From Harriotta raleighana (taxonomy: Eukaryota), in NCBI GenBank assembly GCA_050575255.1, contig JBNZDD010013683.1:1462191-1526190 (forward strand): a stretch of DNA of 64,000 nt, read 5' to 3'. Shown here one piece after another: positions 37,951-50,712 of the stretch (the stretch's first letter is position 1; the number at the start of each line of letters is the position of its first letter). Position numbers and translations under genes: made by a program. The notes beneath the pieces are model-generated. The model saw only the letters and a program-made list of their open reading frames with translations, did not search any database and was not told the origin of the DNA.

Positions 37951-38784
37951 ATCAAAGTAATTGATATCTTGTTATATTTGAAGCTGGTATAGATGTGGAT
38001 GCCCAATTCACATCTGTGGTTCCCTGATCGTTCCATTTGCTAAACCATTTCACTCTTTTCTTATTCTACAATGCATCTATAATTACAGGAGAGTGAACAA
38101 ATGCTAGTGTTTATATGCTTGGATGGAATATAACATTTCTTGGAAGTGAATATGATTCATTTGGTCTGATCCCAGATGAAGTCTGCAAAATCTGACAAGT
38201 CAACGGGATGCCAGTCCGAGGTACCAATTTGCTATTTGAGATCATTCTAATTGGACTTCCCACACACAGCCAAACCTTGTGTTGGGTATTTATTTCAAGA
38301 TGTTAATGAAGATCCTCTTGGTTGTACACCACAAACATTAGTTTGTAAGAACACTCGCCAGCCAAATCGGAGGCCAGCTCTCAAATCGTACAGCATCAAT
38401 TACTCTGTGGGAAATTGCTAGGGAGATTAAGAAAAAAAAGGACAATCTGCAAAGCTTTTAGGAAGAATGCCAAGGTCGACCTTTGGATCACGCAAATGTT
38501 ACACAGACGTGGGGATTAGATGTGCCAAGAGAAAGCAGGGAAGGGACATAGCATCAGATGCAAAGCATAATGCCAACAGTTTCTGCCAATGTAATAACAG
38601 CAAGACAAGATGTTTTTTTTTAAAAAGCATGAGAGACTGAGCCCTGAAGGATTGAATGAATGTTGAAACAAAGTGGAAATATTCAATACATTAAATTACT
38701 ATTTCATGAGATATATATAACCAAGGGGGGCAGTATCTACATGCCTTCTAACATGTGCTGTATGAGTTCTGTAACCTTGACAGT

Positions 38785-39434
38785 CACTGGCAGCATCAGC
38801 CTCCATGGTTGCACACTCAACCTTCCCAAGCTAGTCTGGAATCTAGGTGTCTTGTTCGATCCTCCCCACATCCAAGTCATGACCCGCTCTGCCTTCCCTC
38901 ACCTCCACAATATTGCCCAATTCCACCACTACCTCACCCCTCAGGTCACTGAAACCCTCGTTCATGCCTTCATCACATCAAGGTTTGCCTACCCCACTGC
39001 CCTGTTTGTCGGCCTTCCCAATTCCTTCCTCCATAGATAATCCAGAACTCTGCAGCCCGTGTCCTCTTACCCATCCTTGCCCAACTCCATTGGCTCCCCT
39101 TCGCCCACAGGATTTAATTCAAGATCCTGGTCCTCACATTCAAAGCCCTCCATGGCTTCCCCGCCACCCTACTTCAGTGGCCTCCTAAATCCCTGCCAAC
39201 CTGACCGCCCCCTCCGCCATAGTCCTTCCACCTTGCCCCCGTTCTTACCCTCCCTTCAAGTCCCGCTTCAAGACTCTCCTCTTTGACAGTCCCATCTGTC
39301 ACTCCAAATCCCCCCTTTTTCTTCCACCTTCCCCATCCCCACCCCAGCTCGGGTCTGAAACAATGACTGTCCAGTGCCTTGGGATGTCCTCCTGACGTGA
39401 AAGGCGCTATACAAGTGGTGTTATGTTGTTGTTG
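38785..39434 (+). mobile_element. 5'-truncated L2 LINE (RT C-terminus, 3' UTR and tail)
   Basis: NLGVLFD...AFPHLHNIAQFHHYLTPQVTETLVHAFITSRFAY...GLP, then IQNSAARVL and FKALHG, ending ccagtgccttgggatgtcctcctgacgtgaaaggcgctatac...(gtt)n. Confidence 0.92.
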
Positions 39435-40829
39435 ACATTATCCTGTGATGGATCCTCTCTTGTTCCTAAAAGATCTGAATTGGAGCAGAAGGCAGGACTG
39501 ACAAGATATAATAACCACAAATTACACTTGTCTAGCACCCTTCACATTAGAACTTGGGATGCCCTTCCAATGTGAAAGGTGCTCTATAAAAGCAGATGTA
39601 CATCACAAGGCTAGAAATGAGATTCTTTTAAAACTAACTGTATTCCAATGCTTGGAAACTCTGTAGGAGAGAGAATCTACTGCAAGATCACAATGAGCTA
39701 TGTTTCAAACGAACCATGTGACTCTTTACTAGTCGCCATTCTATTTTGAGGAACGGTATGAGGTTGAACATTAAAATAAGCCATCCACCCACGAAAACGC
39801 ACACACACACAAACAGTAGAATCCATTGCAAGATTATACAAGGTCTCATGAACAATATGAAGTAGCCTGAAGTGCTCTTGAGGAGAACCCAGCAGGGTAA
39901 TATTTTTCCTCATCAGCCCCAGCATTTTCGATCTGTAACCATGAAAACAGCACAGTGCCCCTGAATCAAGTTACCCCACCCTCTCCCCAAATGCATTCCA
40001 GTGAGCTGCACTATATCTGGTTTTCTCCCAGCAATCTCATGAGGTAGGCCTTTCACAGAGCATCGTATTGAAGAGTATACATGTTCCTGGCTTTGAATAC
40101 TTGTTCAATGCTGGGGATTACAGTTGCCAGTTTGCATTTAAGCACGCTGTAATTCACAGCAGAAGGATTCAGCTTGCATCAGTAGACTGTATAAATGAGG
40201 TATGAATGGCTGATTAAGCTGTCAGTCCAGCTGTGCAGGTTTTTAAAAGGCTGCAGTATTTGTAATTTTTCTTTCCAAGGCCATTTTAACCATGGGGTTG
40301 TTACTAATTTGTTCAGAGTAAAGACTCCCAGCAATTGAAATTAATGTTTTCTTTGATTTGTACTCTCACAGGAGAGGAGACTGTTACGGATAGACACAGT
40401 TATCAAATATGCCATGAGGAGAGTGACTTTATCGTGATTAACCTTGTAATTTTCAGAACCTTTTTGCATGAGACGAATATGGAATGCTAAAAGGCTAAAA
40501 AGTGCAGAAAAAAGGAAGCAAAGGGTGCAGGATTTTGATACATTATATAGCAAGAAATGATGACAATCCAATTTCACGCAACATTAATACAAATAGTTTG
40601 CAATACTGTCTAGGAATAAAGTCCTTATATATACTAATGATCTACCATAAAAAAATCAGCATCAGACCTTTTGAATAAAACAGCTCTTCTCTTGTTTTCT
40701 GCATAGCTTTAGGCAGATTGGGTTAGTAAAGCTTGTATTGATGTTCAGATCTGGTGGATTCATTTGTGGAAGAAAGTATCTGATGCAAAAGGCTTCCTGA
40801 GACCCTGAAGGACATACTTCCAAAGAAAT

Positions 40830-41010
40830 CTTGCCTCCTTCAAGACCGTCTTCTATGACTGTGCCTTCAGTCTCCCTCCTATCTCTACCCTCCCCGGGTC
40901 CGCACCACTCCTGATCCCAACTACCAGCTCGGATACGGATCCCTGATTGTCCAGTACCTTGGGATATGAAAGGCACTATACAAATGTAATTTGATGTTGT
41001 AGTCATTGTT
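40830..41010 (+). mobile_element. L2 3' end fragment
   Basis: ccttcaagaccgtcttctatgactgtgcc...ccagctcgg...gtccagtaccttggga...gaaaggcactatacaaatgtaattt is homologous to 39250-39434. Confidence 0.8.
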
Positions 41011-43832
41011 AGTCTTATCATTGTCGGCAAGTACATTTTCTAGCAAACCTCAACAGATTTTTCGAACACTAAGGTGACTGTGTTGTACTTTCCGCAAAGT
41101 TGAGGTATAGAAAATAGAATGTGATGAAGTTAGCTGCTTTCTGAAGTGAATTGTCTTCAAGCCTATCTGTCTCAACAGATTACAATACAACCTTCAAAAG
41201 GTTTCTGTCTAGAGAAAAGGTTAACCTCTCTCAGGATCAACAAACAGTTTGCATTTGGTTTGAGCCTTTGAGCATAATAGCTAATTTTGTATTTATTGGA
41301 CTGTCACTCGGACAAGAGTCTTATGATTTGAAGTGCTTTTCCAATATCATTGCAGCCATCATTGAACTCCTACAATTCAGGTGCAGATGTTTTCCATCAT
41401 TGATTTAATGCTGACTACTTACAATTGATTGCTTTTTGTTTTATCTTCCTCAGAAACAATTATACTGAAATTTCTAATCCTACTTTCTTTAGGGGTTGTA
41501 TCACCCAAGAACATTTCCAATACCAGCAAATTCCAAACGTAAAGGTAATCCCAGTCTTAACTGGTAATCAGATGGGTTACCACCTCCCCCACCCCACCTC
41601 TTATATGATGCACTCAAAACAAACATGTTTAATCCCTTCATAAATAGTTTCCAACGTGAATGAGTTCACAAAAATTAATTCCACTTGGAATAAATATCAT
41701 ATCAAACTCGACAGAATTTGTTACTGATGTTTTAATTGTTCTGAAACACACAAGATCAAACTTGTAATCCTTCAGATATTCATGAAAATCCTTTCATAGA
41801 TTGGGTGTGGTATTTACTTAGTGTATAGATGTAATATTATCTGAGCAACTCTTTTTTCTCCATTCCTATATCATTCTCATCTCTGGCGATGTTACCTACT
41901 CATTTTTTTTAATTCTAGAACCATGTGTGGTGCCAGTCCCAGCAAGGTCAGGATTAGAAATTCCATCATGTTGGTTTCTTATTTACAGATCAACAAGGAT
42001 AAAACAAAAAGATCAATATGATTTTCAAGTAATCAGCATCCGTTCAAACGTTTAATGAAAACCATAATGACCTTGCCTCAAAGATGATGATAAAATAGGA
42101 TGAAGGCTTAGGGATCAATAATGATTCAGTAAGTGCGTACACTGGCAGTAGAAGGCAGACATGACTGCAAGGCAGCATTGTGAGCAGATTAGAAAGGATA
42201 GCTGTTTGGGAGGTCAATGGTGTTTCTTCCGGAAAAGAGAAAATGGGATGAAATATTTGGTTGGATATTTGGACATTGTTTTAGAAAACCTAAAACAATG
42301 GGGATTTGGTGGCATTACTTAGATGAGTATATCACATAATAATAATCCTTGCATTTGATATAGAACCTGATCACATCTTCTAAACGTCTCAGGGCACATC
42401 ACAGAATATACTATCAAGTGAACCGACTGTATGTTTGCCATCTCACTTATAATGAGATGACTCATTCGTGTTCACCTGCATATCAATGCAAGGATTATTA
42501 TTTTTAACATTTCCTGAAACCTCAAAGCTATCATTTGTATTAAATGCCTGTGCCACAATAGTCCTGGAAAATTCAAAGGAGGGTCAAGAGTTAAATGTAT
42601 GCATAATGGGGTATATCATACAATGATTGCTAAAAATAGTGATTATATTCTTATAATGGGATTTCCACTGTGGTGACTGATAAGCCTTCATTACTCATTA
42701 ACTTCAGTTCTACCACAGAAATTGCTTACTCTTGAAACACAGGCTTTTTTTAAAAAAAAACTGCAGAGGCACTGTGATTTATTGGACAAAGCCAAAATGA
42801 AATTGTTTATATCAGAAAAGTGTGACTTTCGAAGCACAGTACCATTGGAGAAATTCCTTGTTGCTAACACAGCACAGGCTGGTTTGAGACACAAGAATCC
42901 AGAGAGCACCGTGACTAGTTGAAACTGGTGGAATTAGATTTTGTTATAATGTCAAATTACAGATCGGGAATTTTAATTATGAGTATCCCATTACAGCGAT
43001 GCTGCTTGTAATGCTGTGAGCAAAGCCATTTTGCTCCAACTAGGAGAGCCATGCACAGCGGGACACCTGATTTACACTCTCTGCTCCACAACCTGTCTGA
43101 GCTGTAAAGCATCAAGCGCCTAAGTTCAGTTCAGTCTCTATTGCAGTTACCCATTTGGAGGCGAATAGACTCCAACATCACAATGGTTCACTCCCAGATG
43201 TGAAGTATAAACACAGCCACATTGCCCCTGATACTGCAGTTTAAAGGGAAAATATAGTTTGCACCGCATGAAAGCTAAGCATAGTACACATCTCACTCTA
43301 TACCAAACAGCATAGAAGCAACCACAGGTATAGCTGATCTATCAGTCCAAGAAGCTAGATAATTAATATTGACATTTATGTTACTTGTATAACTTAACGC
43401 TTTCACTCAGGTGGCACTTTCTTTGATGAGCCCAAAACACGCAGTGCACAGATTTATAGCACATGTGTATAGGAACTGACACTTCGACACTTGCCAATCA
43501 CTTTTGCTAGTAATGTATTGCAGCTGATCATTCTCTGTTCTAAGCGTATTCTTCCTTCATATCATTCGTATTGGAATCCAACTGCCCAGGTAGCTTACGA
43601 CAAGAAATAAAAAAAATGCTGTTTGTTCACTTGGCGGTCAATTTGTGAAACTCACTGTTTGGTGAGCCAGCAGTGAATGGGAGAAATGTGGGCTTCTGCA
43701 GTAATATTTTTAGATTGCTGGCAGGCTAACTGTAAAATAGGATTTGTTTTTTTTTTCCCCCCTTACAAGACATCAAGGTTTATAGTGTTATATTCCCACG
43801 ACTTCGACATTTCATCCATTCATAATGCCACA

Positions 43833-43849
43833 ATGCTTTGCTGTCTCAG
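43833..43849 (+). CDS. Candidate short coding start (MLCCL+AG), unidentified
   Basis: gccacaATG Kozak-like context and donor CAG|gtaatg, with a possible acceptor ccccccttacaag at 43769. Confidence 0.2.
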
Positions 43850-44724
43850 GTAATGCATAAAACATGATAAAGACGATGACTGCGATTAGAATATTTGACA
43901 TTGGTGCAACTAGTTGGCATAAGGATTTTGTATGTAATAAATTACAGATCCAGTCGATGTAAAGGCACTGAAGTTATTCCAGGTCATTTTGGATATTAAT
44001 GCTAGCCAAATTGACTGAAAATGTTTTTTGGCTGAGGCTACTAGTCTTCTCTGTGTCTGTCACAGAAGGTACGAGCAATTCACAATGTGATTGATTCTTT
44101 ACTTTTTTTTCTAACTCTTGTCCTCCCCAATACATTCTGTTATAGACACATATTAAGAAAAGTCAGGGGGAATAGAAACCAAGCAGTGGAGGGAGGCATA
44201 ATTTTTCTCCTGGATTCAAAACCATGCAAACCAGGTTGTCATCCTCCTCACATCAAAGGCACTATACAAATGTAATTTGCTGTTGTTGTGGATAAATGAT
44301 AATGGTCTGTTCCATGGCAGAATCCATCCTCTCCAACATCACGCGTTGATGCGCAGGATGTCAGCTTGTACAATAATATGACTGGAGCCAGATCTCCACG
44401 TTTAGAAGCTGCCTCTGCATTGCAACCTATCAGTCCAAAGGATCAACATAAAATAACACAGGTAAAGCTTTGCACAGGCTAGCCTTTGTGCACATTTTTC
44501 TGGCTGTAAATATATCCCACATTGAGTTGCCACCTGAAAATGTGTCCCTTGTGACACAAAAACTAAAGCATAGAATCAACAAGCACACGTTTAGGTGGTG
44601 AGAAATCTACACATGGCTAACTGCTCCGAAATTATTTTGTTTTTCCAACTTGGTAAAATGCATGAGCTGCTTTATTAAGTCAGTTTACTGCAGTTTCAGT
44701 CTGATACAACAAAACAAATTCACT

Positions 44725-44830
44725 GCAAACAGATAAACAGAGGGGTGTGGAGTAAGGAAAGTTGCCAAAGGGTACATCCTGCCCGAAAATCAAACCTAGG
44801 ACCTCTTGCTTATGATGCAAGAGTTCTAAC
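44725..44830 (-). mobile_element. 5' part of the longer SINE variant
   Basis: taaacagaggggtgtggagtaaggaaagttgcc...aatcaaacctaggacctcttgc parallels 16758-16832. Confidence 0.6.
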
Positions 44831-46224
44831 TAATAATCTACAGAACTTAATGTACAGTTGATTTCCTGGAAATAGTGTAGTTCATTTTTTTTGGATAATC
44901 TCCTAAACCAAATCTTATAACCAGAGCATATTGTTTTGGTTTCCTTGCATTCAAATCCTGTATGCTTTAAACAATCTTGTAAACAAGTTTTAAAAGCAAA
45001 TTGTATTATACCCAAACCATCCTACACCTCCTAATTTGTCTTTTTCAGATCAACACAGTGGAAAGGTAAATAAACAAGATAAATGAGAATTAATTATTTG
45101 GAGAGAAAGAAACACAAATAATCCAACGTTGTATTTGTTTATTATTAACAAGAAGTTGTTGCACATCTCAAGAAAAATTATACTGCATACACTGACCAAT
45201 CTATTCAGTCCGTGTAATGGTAATTGGTTCTGAAGCTTTCTTATTGTTTCATTATTCTTGTCTTGGCAATATCTCTTCACAATTCTGAGGGAAAAAAAAA
45301 AATCGCTGTCCTCAAATGAAATTGTTCTGCTCATTGGGATACAATATGACAGCATTAAATTCTTCATGGTCATAACTTCAGGACAAATGTAATAAGTAGA
45401 AGATTATTAAATTTGAATCTCTTTACCTTTTGTAAATCTCTATTACTGATCAAATAACTTGGACGTATGTTTAACAACAAAGAAAATATTTAATATCAGA
45501 ATCCTGCCGCGTTGAACCTTTCTGGCTTCGTATTTTGATGCATTGTGATAACATGGGACACCTGTAGCGTTAGTGAAATGAAACAATTTTTATTTAGTTA
45601 TTGTAATCATATGAAACCTTAACTGTTGAATACGATTGCCTTTATACTCACTAAACAAGTAAATCTATCGTCATTTTCAATGTTTGATGTGCACTGCTAT
45701 CAATACAGCTCAGCTCTTAAGCAAAATATTAATGGTGCTCTTTTCTAACCTTGGATCTGCCATCTGGTTATGAGGAAAGCATTGCTGAATTCCAAAGCTG
45801 AAGATGACATACTGGTATTTGAATTTGTTTTCATTATGTTAACCCTCAGAAGACAACCAAAGCATTACATCAAAGTCAATTAAGTGACAAGGTTAGCATT
45901 CTACCATTTTTTAATTGAAATATTAAAATAGAAAACTTCTGCGCGTGTGTGGATGCAAGTTCTCTGCCCATATTTAAGGTGAAATGTAATTATCAATAAA
46001 CTAATGAATTATTATTAGTGTGTAAGAATGAGTAACAAGGCTAAAACAAAATGTTAATCCGTCAGACTTTGAGCCTGCCCTTGATTTATATTGAGCTGAA
46101 AGAAATTCATGCAAACAATCCACTGAGTCCGGTTGACTGAGATCCCGATTCGGTAGTTTGCGCTGATGCCAAAGACTTAACCCTGATAAGCAATTAAAAA
46201 AAAGGAAGCTGTGATATCTGTATC

Positions 46225-46338
46225 TCTCAGTGAAACACAAAGCTGTACAGACTAGAATATTATAGGTTTGATTCCTGGTTTGCACTGATTCAGTTGATCA
46301 CAACAGTTGGAATATTACAATTGGCTTCATTACCCGAC
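46225..46338 (+). mobile_element. Degraded AmnSINE2-like tRNA-derived SINE fragment
   Basis: gtacagactag...ggtttgattcctggtttgcactg...gttgatc...tacaattggcttca parallels 57117-57325. Family name recalled. Confidence 0.4.
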
Positions 46339-46694
46339 ACTCGTCAATGCCATTTTTCTTCAGCTGCATTATGAGTTTAAGTGCTACTGGTCATTTCTCA
46401 CCAGTCCATTTGGGTTGAATGCTGATTCACTTATCCACTTGGATGGTTGACCTGTCTCCTTGTCTGGCTTCACGTTTTTTGTTGCTAAACGACTCGATTC
46501 CTGCTTTTTGTCATCCATAAATTGCCAATTCCCCCGGAAAGACGAGGAAATCACAATTGTGCTTGGTACATTTTCTTCAACAATGTGCAATGAAGATTCC
46601 ATCAATTGATGTAGTTTTCATGGTTTGTTCTGGAAGTTTGCAGGGTTGAGAGTTCGTCTTCTTTGGAAACTCAGAATCAACACCCACACGTATA

Positions 46695-46790
46695 TAATAA
46701 TAAGAAGAATAAGAATCCTTGCATTTGATACAGCACTTTTCAGACGTCTTATCGACGTCTCAAAGCGCTTCACAGAATACAGTTTACTGT
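46695..46790 (-). mobile_element. SINE 3' tail
   Basis: aatccttgcatttgataca...cgacgtctcaaagcgcttcacagaata. Confidence 0.85.
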
Positions 46791-47346
46791 AAATATATAC
46801 ATTTTCTTAACACCAGAATGCAGTTAAAGCCTAGGATTGTAAAGCCAGAGCACACATGAGCTTTTTGGCAACTTAACCAGTGGTTTCAGACAGACAAAGG
46901 AGCAATGACAACGGCTGATAATGATATTGTAACTGGCACAGGTTAGAGGTAGGAGAGATCTATCTGGTATCAGGATGAATTGGCCCTTTACTGGAGACAA
47001 GAGAGTTGGATGCAGTGAGGCGACAATCGGTAGGCCCGAGACTACTCTATCTGCTGGAGTGGAAAATGAGTATTGCTCCATGGATCCAGAACACAATCAA
47101 TCAGACACTCGGATTCAGCCATGGGCTCAGCTGTGAAGAATAGAATAAAGCGAGATCAACAACAAGTGGTGAAGGAGCTCCGCTGTCAACAGAGGGAAGG
47201 TTAGATCTCCTTGGTAATATAAAGAGCGAAGGCAAAAATAGCACCCAGAAAGAAGAATTCTTCATTTCCTAGGTAACGCTGCCTGCCTGATCATGCAGGA
47301 CGTACTTAGAACCACCAATCGGAAAGAAAAATGACAAACAAAACTC

Positions 47347-47412
47347 ACAACAACAACAAAATTACATTTGTATCACACCTTTCACGTCGGGAACATGACC
47401 CAAGGCACTGGG
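47347..47412 (-). mobile_element. L2 3' tail
   Basis: (aac)n aaaattacatttgtatcacacctttcacgtcggg...cccaaggcactgg. Confidence 0.8.
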
Positions 47413-48740
47413 ACGTCCTCCTGACTTTACTCAGCTGCTCTGGAAAAATTCTCTAGCACAATGTTTTGGAGGAGGATGTGATTGACACTGGTACGATTGC
47501 TATAATTGTGTGCAGTTTGTGTGCCCAAGGTTAATTACTTTTGGTTTCCATTTAGCACACCATATATAATTCATAATGTCTTCAATAACTTTGCTTTATA
47601 TTTGCACATAATCCCCACATAAATTCCTGAACCTGCAGTTATTTTAGTGCACTTCGACTAATATTTGTGCACTAAATTTTTTTCACGTCTCAGCGTCTTC
47701 GGTGTTGTAACCTACCCTCTTTGTGATGGGTTCACAGGCAATAAAAAGAGGGGGCATTTATGGTGATCAGTTAAGGGTTCAGCTCAGTAACAGTTCCACA
47801 CTGGCTCGCGATTGTTTGCCCCTGCTCATGCCCCAAACAAGAACTGAGTCTGTTCGTTTTTAATCGATTCTGGCCCAATCGGTACTTCAAATAATGGCAG
47901 CATAAAAGATTTGCTGCTAAAATAGGCTCCGATTTATGATTTGCCTTCCCCACTGACTCTCTGATCACAATTCAATTTTGCTAGCAAATGTAATGCATGT
48001 ACTCATCACCTTCAGTAAAGAGAATGACACTTTTTGGGATTTAATTTGTCCTGTGTGGTCTACATTTAGGGGAAATGTGCTAATCTCATACGCTGTGTAA
48101 AATAGGAGGTCAGGAATAATAAAACATAATAAAGGCAGTCCATCTATCATGTCTGAAACTTCCAAGATTGCCTTTGGAAACCAATTATGTCTGCTATTCA
48201 TACTAAAGTGCTGGTGAGCATGCCCCAAATGTGACTTCTGTTTCCAACTGAGATGAGTCATGTGCTGTGTGCTCTCATGTGCCACTATGTGAAAGTCCAA
48301 ACCAAATCCTGTGTAGATAAAAAATAACGGAAGTTTATATGGAGCATGCATGGTCACAAATTATTCCTGTGTGGATTCAAAGTCAAGATCAAGGCATTTA
48401 ATCAAACATACGGGAGACATAAATTGTACAGGACAGTCTAAACCAAGATGGTGCACTTATTTATTTTAAATTGGTAAAGTAAAATTAATATCATTTTTCA
48501 GTCACAATTTGATGTTCTGTAGCCTCAAAACTATTTAGCTGCCATAAATAAATTGTACTAAAATTTAAGATGAATATTTTTGCTGCACTTTTTAATCGAC
48601 GATTCATCACAACTTCTACATCTAATCGACGCTAAATTTACAATATAAATCCAGTGATAGGGGCATTGACCTGACTGAGAGCTCCATTCCTAAAACCAGG
48701 AGGTAATCTGCACTTCAAGCTTGATCTTTATTTAGCAATA

Positions 48741-48843
48741 TTTCACCCACAAAATATACAGTCAATTCATTTTACAGTATATTCTGTGAAATGAGACGAC
48801 TAGAAGACATGAAAAGCGCTACATCAAATGCGAATATTATTAT
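48741..48843 (+). mobile_element. SINE 3' fragment
   Basis: tttcacccacaaaatatacagtcaattca...gaaaagcgctacatcaaatgc. Confidence 0.85.
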
Positions 48844-48991
48844 CTTTGGATATGGATTCAACAAAGTTCAATTTGTAGGTTGATTTGAACCATTGAAATT
48901 CTAAATGGTTATCCCTTTTATTCAGAATCTTGCAATGTAATAAGACTCCCTCCCTGTAGCTGAAGAAAGATCCTTTGTGGAGAGTTGCAAG

Positions 48992-49064
48992 AACAACAAC
49001 AACAACAACAAAACAATTGTTTAGCGCCTTTCACTTCGACAGGACGTCCCAAGGATCTGGACAG
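48992..49064 (-). mobile_element. L2 3' tail
   Basis: (aac)n...agcgcctttcac...ggacgtcccaagg. Confidence 0.8.
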
Positions 49065-49210
49065 ACAGTATTTCAGAATGGGGGGATTTAAAGTGAAAAA
49101 CAGCGCAAATATTTTTGATTCTTGACAAACAGGAAAATTCTCAAGGATATGCTTAGTCACTGTTTATCCTTTTCAGGTTTGCTTCATTGGTGAAGTACCC
49201 TGTGGTGAAG

Positions 49211-49531
49211 TGGAGCTCCTGTAGCTTAGTGGTTAGAGCACTCGTCTTACAAGCATGAGACCTGTGTTCGAATCCAGGCAGATCAGGGCGAAACCTTGGG
49301 GAAGTTTCCTTACTCCACATGCCTAATAATAATCCCTCCAAAAAAACCACAATAATAAAATTGGTCATTTCAATCCATGACTGTTTGTGGGACGCTGCTG
49401 TGCGCAATTGGCTGCCGCGTTTCGCCCACAAATATACAGTCAATTCACTTTACAGTATATTCTGTGAAGCAGTTTGGGATGTCGATAAGATGTGAAAAGT
49501 GCTATATCAAATGCAAGGATTATTATTATTA
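49211..49531 (+). mobile_element. tRNA-derived Deu-domain SINE, young full-length copy
   Basis: Nearly identical to 13226-13568 and 21905-22210. Confidence 0.93.
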
Positions 49532-50595
49532 CTATACTCTAAAGCAGCTTGCAACTGACCAGTAGCATTCCACCAGTATTGATCTTCCTGTGAGTAAGAT
49601 TGTGGAGTAAATATGTAAAACTGCTATCTTTCTGGTCTTCCAGGGCTTCAGATAACATCACCGCATGATTTCATTTGGCTGTGCTTCGCAATTTACTAGA
49701 TCCCATCATTATTAGGTTTATGTTTTTACTGTAGGGTAGTGCTACAAGGGAACTCACAGAATTGCCAATCAATACAGCACTCAACAAAATAAATTACTCG
49801 TCCTCTGCTTTCCCTTATCAGCTGCTTAATCAATTGATGGAATTTATATTCCTTAGGCAAGAACCTCAGAAAATAAAATACTCACTCTGGGAGCTGCTGC
49901 AACTTGCCCAAGCAAATCCAAAAGCCTATACATTATCAGTTACTTGTTGATCTTTGAGGCATAACAAGTTTAATGTGTGGTTCTAGGCCCAGTGTAATGA
50001 GCTGACAGATGCACAACACTACCCGAGAGGAAAGAGATGAACACACTTACTCTTCGTGCTCTGTTCAATAGCAAAGCCAAGAAGGGATGCAGACAACAGC
50101 TGTTTTGTGTATTGTTTTCAATGGGTTCACAATATAGAGATGATAGTAGCTGTCTTGTTGAGAATCCTCTTAACGTTGGGTAAGATTACAAGTGAATGCT
50201 CTGAACAAGTGAATGAATTGATTCTCTTGAATGCTGTTTTGCTGCACCTGTTCTCCAGATAAGAGGTAATATAACATAGATACTGAAGACAACTTGTGTT
50301 GTCCTTAGAACTGTTCCATATCTTAAATAGGAAATGCCTGGAAATGTTGTTTATGCAAAAAAAGTAACCTGTTTTTCCTTCCCGCCGTGCACCCCACGCC
50401 TCGCGCTCTCTCTCTACAAGTGAATGCTCTTCCAGATTGAGAATAACTAGCACAGCTAACGATGGAAAATTGGGGATTTGTAAGAACACATTCAAATTTT
50501 ATTCTGTTCTTCTAATCCGCTGCTGTGACAGTTTATGAGGCAGCAACTTTGCCACCAAAGAAAAGAGCTCGGCAGAAAAAAAAAAGAGAGGTTAA

Positions 50596-50712
50596 TCACA
50601 ATCGTTGCATTTGATATACAGTGGTGCCTTTTCACGTCTTTGAGACGTCTCAAAGTGCTTCACAGAATATACTGTAAAGTGAATTGATACTGTATTTTGA
50701 GGGTGAAACGTG
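50596..50712 (-). mobile_element. SINE 3' fragment
   Basis: ttgcatttgatata...ttttcacgtctt...tctcaaagtgcttcacagaatatactgtaaagtgaattga. Confidence 0.85.

Noticed and set aside
46384-46605. Minus-strand 73-aa ORF with protein-like composition
   Set aside because: An in-frame stop lies just upstream, there is no good acceptor and no recognised homology.
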